Shown here piece by piece: positions 60,567-64,000 of a stretch of 64,000 nucleotides of DNA. The position numbers were made by a program, and so were the translations under genes. The notes under the pieces are model-generated. The model was not told the DNA's origin. It searched no databases and saw only the letters and a list, made by a program, of their open reading frames with translations. This DNA is from Escherichia coli (GTDB lineage Bacteria > Pseudomonadota > Gammaproteobacteria > Enterobacterales > Enterobacteriaceae), in the NCBI RefSeq assembly GCF_041886205.1, contig NZ_CP169029.1; one strand, written 5' to 3'. Each line of letters begins with the position of its first letter. The first letter of the stretch is position 1.

Positions 60567-60595
60567 TTGACAGAGTGAGCAGATGAACATAAATT
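60567..60595 (+). promoter_or_regulatory. candidate sigma-70 promoter of the antitoxin-toxin operon (-35 TTGACA, 17-bp spacer, -10 TAAATT)
   Basis: Consensus -35 hexamer at 60567-60572 and plausible -10 at 60590-60595, about 75 nt upstream of the antitoxin start. Confidence 0.5.
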
Positions 60596-60599
60596 AATC

Positions 60600-60618
60600 A
60601 TACGGTTGATAGCCGTAT
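60600..60618. promoter_or_regulatory. inverted repeat IR-B (ATACGG-N7-CCGTAT), candidate operator overlapping the predicted transcription start
   Basis: Perfect 6-bp arms with 7-bp spacer just downstream of the -10; contains the spurious ATG of the ORF-track frame at 60606. Confidence 0.5.
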
Positions 60619-60671
60619 TATGTATGAGATCGACTCCCTACGATTTCATTCAGTTAATCAAAGAGGTCATA

Positions 60672-60983
60672 ATGCCTGGAAAAACAGCCACTCTACCCGA
60701 TGTCGATAAAACGCTGAAAAATGCGCGGGTCGAACTCAAAACTAGTCCCGACGCCAAAAACAAACTTCGTGAAGCTGCGCAAGCCGTTGGGGTAGATTTA
60801 AGCGCTTTTATTTTGAGCGCTGCTATGGAACGCGCCGAAAGTGTGCTTGATAACCAACGTCGCCGTGAGCTTTCGAATCAAAGCTGGGAACTGATGAACC
60901 AACTCATCGCTGAACCTGCTCAACCGACGCTCGCCCTCAAGGCGTTAATGAAAAGGAAAAACAGCGATGGTCGACAAGCATGA
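60672..60983 (+). CDS. ribbon-helix-helix (DUF1778-like) antitoxin of a GNAT-type toxin-antitoxin pair
   Basis: 103-aa from MPGKTATLPDVDK, RBS AAAGAGG 6-7 nt upstream; RHH-like N-terminus (RVELKTSPDAKNKLREAAQAVGVDLSAFILSAAMERAESVL) resembling TacA/AtaR/KacA-type antitoxins; overlaps the toxin gene by 17 nt. Confidence 0.8.
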   Translation: MPGKTATLPDVDKTLKNARVELKTSPDAKNKLREAAQAVGVDLSAFILSAAMERAESVLDNQRRRELSNQSWELMNQLIAEPAQPTLALKALMKRKNSDGRQA

Positions 60984-61509
60984 AGAGATTACTCTGCCCA
61001 TAGTCCTCTCCTGTAATTATCAGTCTGATATTACTTATCCTGGGCAAAAACAGTTTGATTGCGGTAACCCTGTTATCGATAAATTTGTACGCGCATCGCT
61101 AAAGAAAAGTGTGCGTAATAGCGACTGTGCGGCTAAAGCACTTATTGACAGACAAAGTGGTGAACTGATCGGCATCTGTACTTTTACGGCATATTCGCTG
61201 GAAAAACAACGCGTTTCTGGCGTCCTTCAGGGTTCACAACCTTCAGAAATTGGTGTTGTCAGATTAGTCATGTTGGGGGTAGCACGGAAGTATCAAAAGC
61301 GGGGCTTTGGTCAGGACCTACTATGTGATTTTTTTGAACATGTAAAAATAATTCACCAGGCATTACCAATTAAAGGGGTTTATCTTGATGCTGACCCTGC
61401 CGCCATTAATTTTTATGCTCGTCTCGGCTTTGTTCAGCTTTCAGCGACACCAAATGCTTTTGGTGCTGTACCTATGTTTTTGGCGATTCAGCATATTCTC
61501 GCGGCTTAG
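60967..61509 (+). CDS. GNAT-family acetyltransferase toxin (TacT/AtaT/ItaT/KacT-like, probable aminoacyl-tRNA acetyltransferase)
   Basis: 180-aa ORF with acetyl-CoA-binding motif A (VRLVMLGVARKYQKRGFG), motif B (AINFYARLGF) and N-terminal FDCGNPVIDKFV typical of GNAT toxins; immediately downstream of and overlapping an RHH antitoxin. Confidence 0.85.
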   Translation: MVDKHEEITLPIVLSCNYQSDITYPGQKQFDCGNPVIDKFVRASLKKSVRNSDCAAKALIDRQSGELIGICTFTAYSLEKQRVSGVLQGSQPSEIGVVRLVMLGVARKYQKRGFGQDLLCDFFEHVKIIHQALPIKGVYLDADPAAINFYARLGFVQLSATPNAFGAVPMFLAIQHILAA

Positions 61510-61564
61510 ATTATTATCGCCACCCGCCAGGGCAAGTTTTGCCTCAGCCGGGGGCTGAGCAGCG

Positions 61565-62500
61565 TTACCACTTTTGTTCAATTGCCCCCGCTTTCAGCAA
61601 CTCCACATCCTTGCCGTTAATGGTTGCCGTTGCGGCAACGATTGTGGTCCTTACAGTTGCACAAGATTTTCGCTCAAATTCCGGTTTATAAAGAATAAGA
61701 GACGAATTACTGGTAAATGAACCAAATAGGTAATCAGTAAAGCTAATATTCAGCCGGTTTAAACCGAAAGGCGCGAAGCCAACCGTTTGGTTAATCTCCT
61801 TACCGGATGGGCGACGAATGCTGAATGTCACGCGAAGGTTGGCCACTTCGCCTAATTTATTGGTGGTGGCGAAGAGGCTATCCATGCAGGAAAAACCTTC
61901 ATCTAAAAAATTATCCCGCATCCCAGAACGGGTAACCGTGATCACGGGTAACGTATCGTCAACCGTTTTTCTGTCAATCATGTCTTTTCGACAAGTAGCC
62001 AGAAAGTCTTCCGGGCCACCATAAATGTGGACACCTTTATCAAGATATTCCTTCGCTTTCTTACAATCTACCTCAACATACTGACCATTGGCGTACATCA
62101 TGCCCAACCTGGACCATGCTAAATTCACACCGTATTGCGCGGCCTGATTAAATAGCGCATACGCTTTGGCATAATCCACCCGCACCTGCTCGCCGTCGTA
62201 GTAGATACTCCCCAGCGCTAACGGTGCTTCTCTGTCACCGTGTTTAGCGGCTAACTCGAACCATTTAATCGCTTCCTGAACATCAGGTTTGGTATCATAG
62301 CGAGGCTGATAATATTCCCAGCCTAACAGGCTCTGCGCGTCGGCACCCCCCGATTCAGCCATTTTATGCAGTGTATTTATAACATTGGGCGCAGGTTTAC
62401 CACCGTATATGCTGTCATACAATTCATGTGCTTTCTCGCTTGCCACCACGCCTGGTGAAACTATTAGCATTAAAGAAAATAGTATTCTTTTAGTTAACAT
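61565..62500 (-). CDS. secreted Sel1-like repeat (TPR-like) protein with uncharacterised C-terminal domain of about 150 aa
   Basis: 311-aa from MLTKRILFSLMLIVSPGVVASE (Sec signal peptide, AAAGG RBS upstream); about three Sel1-like repeats (e.g. AIKWFELAAKHGDREAPLALGSIYYDG, YAKAYALFNQAAQYGVNLAWSRLGMMYANGQ); C-terminal half not recognised; the ORF-track start at 62560 is probably over-extended. Confidence 0.8.
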   Translation of the reverse strand: MLTKRILFSLMLIVSPGVVASEKAHELYDSIYGGKPAPNVINTLHKMAESGGADAQSLLGWEYYQPRYDTKPDVQEAIKWFELAAKHGDREAPLALGSIYYDGEQVRVDYAKAYALFNQAAQYGVNLAWSRLGMMYANGQYVEVDCKKAKEYLDKGVHIYGGPEDFLATCRKDMIDRKTVDDTLPVITVTRSGMRDNFLDEGFSCMDSLFATTNKLGEVANLRVTFSIRRPSGKEINQTVGFAPFGLNRLNISFTDYLFGSFTSNSSLILYKPEFERKSCATVRTTIVAATATINGKDVELLKAGAIEQKW

Positions 62501-62907
62501 GTATACCTTTATGTTCTCTCTGTCATATATTTCCATAATAATTAACCACCAAACATCCATTTAATGAATAAATACAGTGCCATAAAGGCCCAAGTAATAA
62601 GCACACATTTAACCTGAAACATTATCATCGATGTCACCAAATCGTTTATTTAGTGAGATAAAAATAGCATGTTCGTAAGATAAAAAATGCACATAGCAAT
62701 CAAGAAATAATATTATTACTTTTGATGTAAAACTATTTAGCTTTAAGATTCATTTTTTTCAACATATAGAGCATTCATTTTATGAATGCAAAATAAACAT
62801 ACCTGACACACAAACTATTCTCCTCTGTAATATTTTCTCATTAACACTCTGTTTACCCAACATGCGCTCCGCACTACACTATGTGGGCATTTTTTTAAGG
62901 GGTGGTA

Positions 62908-64000
62908 ATGAACGATTATAAAATGACGCCAGGTGAGAGGCGCGCGACCTGGGGTTTAGGGACCGTATTCTCGTTGCGCATGCTGGGCATGTTTATGGTT
63001 CTGCCGGTTCTGACCACGTACGGCATGGCTCTGCAAGGTGCCAGCGAAGCATTAATCGGTATTGCCATTGGTATTTATGGTCTGACTCAGGCCGTTTTTC
63101 AGATTCCGTTTGGCCTGCTTTCCGACCGCATTGGTCGCAAACCATTAATTGTCGGTGGGCTGGCGGTGTTTGCCGCCGGTAGCGTTATCGCTGCGCTTTC
63201 CGACTCCATCTGGGGAATTATTCTGGGCCGGGCGCTACAAGGCTCTGGAGCAATTGCCGCCGCCGTTATGGCGCTGCTTTCCGATCTCACGCGCGAACAA
63301 AACCGCACCAAAGCGATGGCGTTTATCGGCGTGAGCTTTGGCATTACCTTTGCCATTGCGATGGTGCTTGGCCCGATCATCACTCACAAACTTGGGCTGC
63401 ACGCGCTGTTCTGGATGATCGCTATTCTGGCAACAACCGGCATTGCGTTGACCATTTGGGTTGTGCCCAACAGTAGCACTCACGTACTTAATCGTGAATC
63501 CGGGATGGTGAAAGGCAGTTTCAGTAAAGTACTGGCGGAACCGCGACTGCTGAAACTCAACTTTGGCATTATGTGTCTGCATATTTTGCTGATGTCGACG
63601 TTTGTTGCCCTGCCAGGGCAACTGGCTGATGCGGGGTTCCCGGCGGCTGAACACTGGAAGGTCTACCTGGCAACGATGTTAATCGCCTTTGGCTCGGTCG
63701 TGCCTTTCATTATCTACGCTGAAGTTAAGCGCAAAATGAAGCAAGTCTTTGTCTTCTGCGTCGGGTTGATCGTGGTTGCGGAAATTGTGTTGTGGAACGC
63801 ACAAACGCAGTTCTGGCAACTGGTGGTCGGCGTGCAGCTTTTCTTTGTGGCGTTTAATTTGATGGAAGCCCTTCTGCCCTCACTTATCAGTAAAGAGTCG
63901 CCAGCAGGTTACAAAGGTACGGCGATGGGTGTCTACTCCACCAGCCAGTTTCTTGGCGTGGCGATTGGCGGTTCGCTGGGCGGCTGGATTGACGGCATGT
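62908..64000 (+). CDS. yajR: MFS transporter YajR, N-terminal part (CDS runs off the window end)
   Basis: Open frame from ATG 62908 (MNDYKMTPGERRATWGLGTVFSLRMLGMFMVLPVLTTYG...) to window end without a stop; absent from the ORF track; recognised as YajR. Confidence 0.93.
   Translation, partial: MNDYKMTPGERRATWGLGTVFSLRMLGMFMVLPVLTTYGMALQGASEALIGIAIGIYGLTQAVFQIPFGLLSDRIGRKPLIVGGLAVFAAGSVIAALSDSIWGIILGRALQGSGAIAAAVMALLSDLTREQNRTKAMAFIGVSFGITFAIAMVLGPIITHKLGLHALFWMIAILATTGIALTIWVVPNSSTHVLNRESGMVKGSFSKVLAEPRLLKLNFGIMCLHILLMSTFVALPGQLADAGFPAAEHWKVYLATMLIAFGSVVPFIIYAEVKRKMKQVFVFCVGLIVVAEIVLWNAQTQFWQLVVGVQLFFVAFNLMEALLPSLISKESPAGYKGTAMGVYSTSQFLGVAIGGSLGGWIDGM

Noticed and set aside
60606-60671. Upstream ATG giving a 125-aa antitoxin (MIAVLCMRSTPY...)
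   Set aside because: That ATG lies inside inverted repeat IR-B with no RBS; the ATG at 60672 has a strong AAAGAGG Shine-Dalgarno and gives a typical antitoxin length.
62501-62560. Upstream ATG giving a 331-aa Sel1 protein (MDVWWLIIMEIY...)
   Set aside because: The N-terminal extension would bury the otherwise canonical signal peptide; the ATG at 62500 has an AAAGG RBS and gives a classic n-h-c signal sequence.

Overview
This 64-kb window is Escherichia coli (or Shigella) chromosome, collinear with the K-12 ushA-to-yajR region (b0480 down to b0427) but presented in reverse orientation. Gene order: ushA, fsr, ybaL, gsk, aes, hemH, adk, htpG, recR, ybaB, dnaX, apt, ybaN, priC, ybaM, mscK, acrR, acrAB, tomB-hha, maa, ylaC, pdeB, ybaA, ffs, atl, ybaY, tesB, amtB-glnK, mdlBA, decR, cof, ybaE, queC, fadM, ybaV, ppiD, hupB, lon, clpXP, tig, bolA, yajG, ampG, cyoABCDE, yajR (cut by the window end). 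All core genes appear intact. There are two clear departures from the K-12 arrangement. (1) A complete 768-bp IS1 with a perfect 9-bp target-site duplication sits in the acrB-tomB intergenic region. (2) A roughly 2.4-kb accessory islet lies between the cyoE terminator and yajR. It carries an RHH (DUF1778-like) antitoxin plus GNAT acetyltransferase toxin pair, whose putative promoter is bracketed by two identical-architecture inverted repeats, and a convergently transcribed secreted Sel1-repeat protein with an unrecognised C-terminal domain, followed by a strongly AT-rich stretch. This islet is the best candidate for the undescribed system. Also present: ffs (4.5S RNA), REP/BIME clusters, the dnaX frameshift site, the AcrR operator and the glnK sigma-54 promoter. 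No CRISPR, tRNA or rRNA was seen. All identifications rest on my own recognition of protein sequences and motifs; no database search or computation was run, so the novelty of the islet is unverified.
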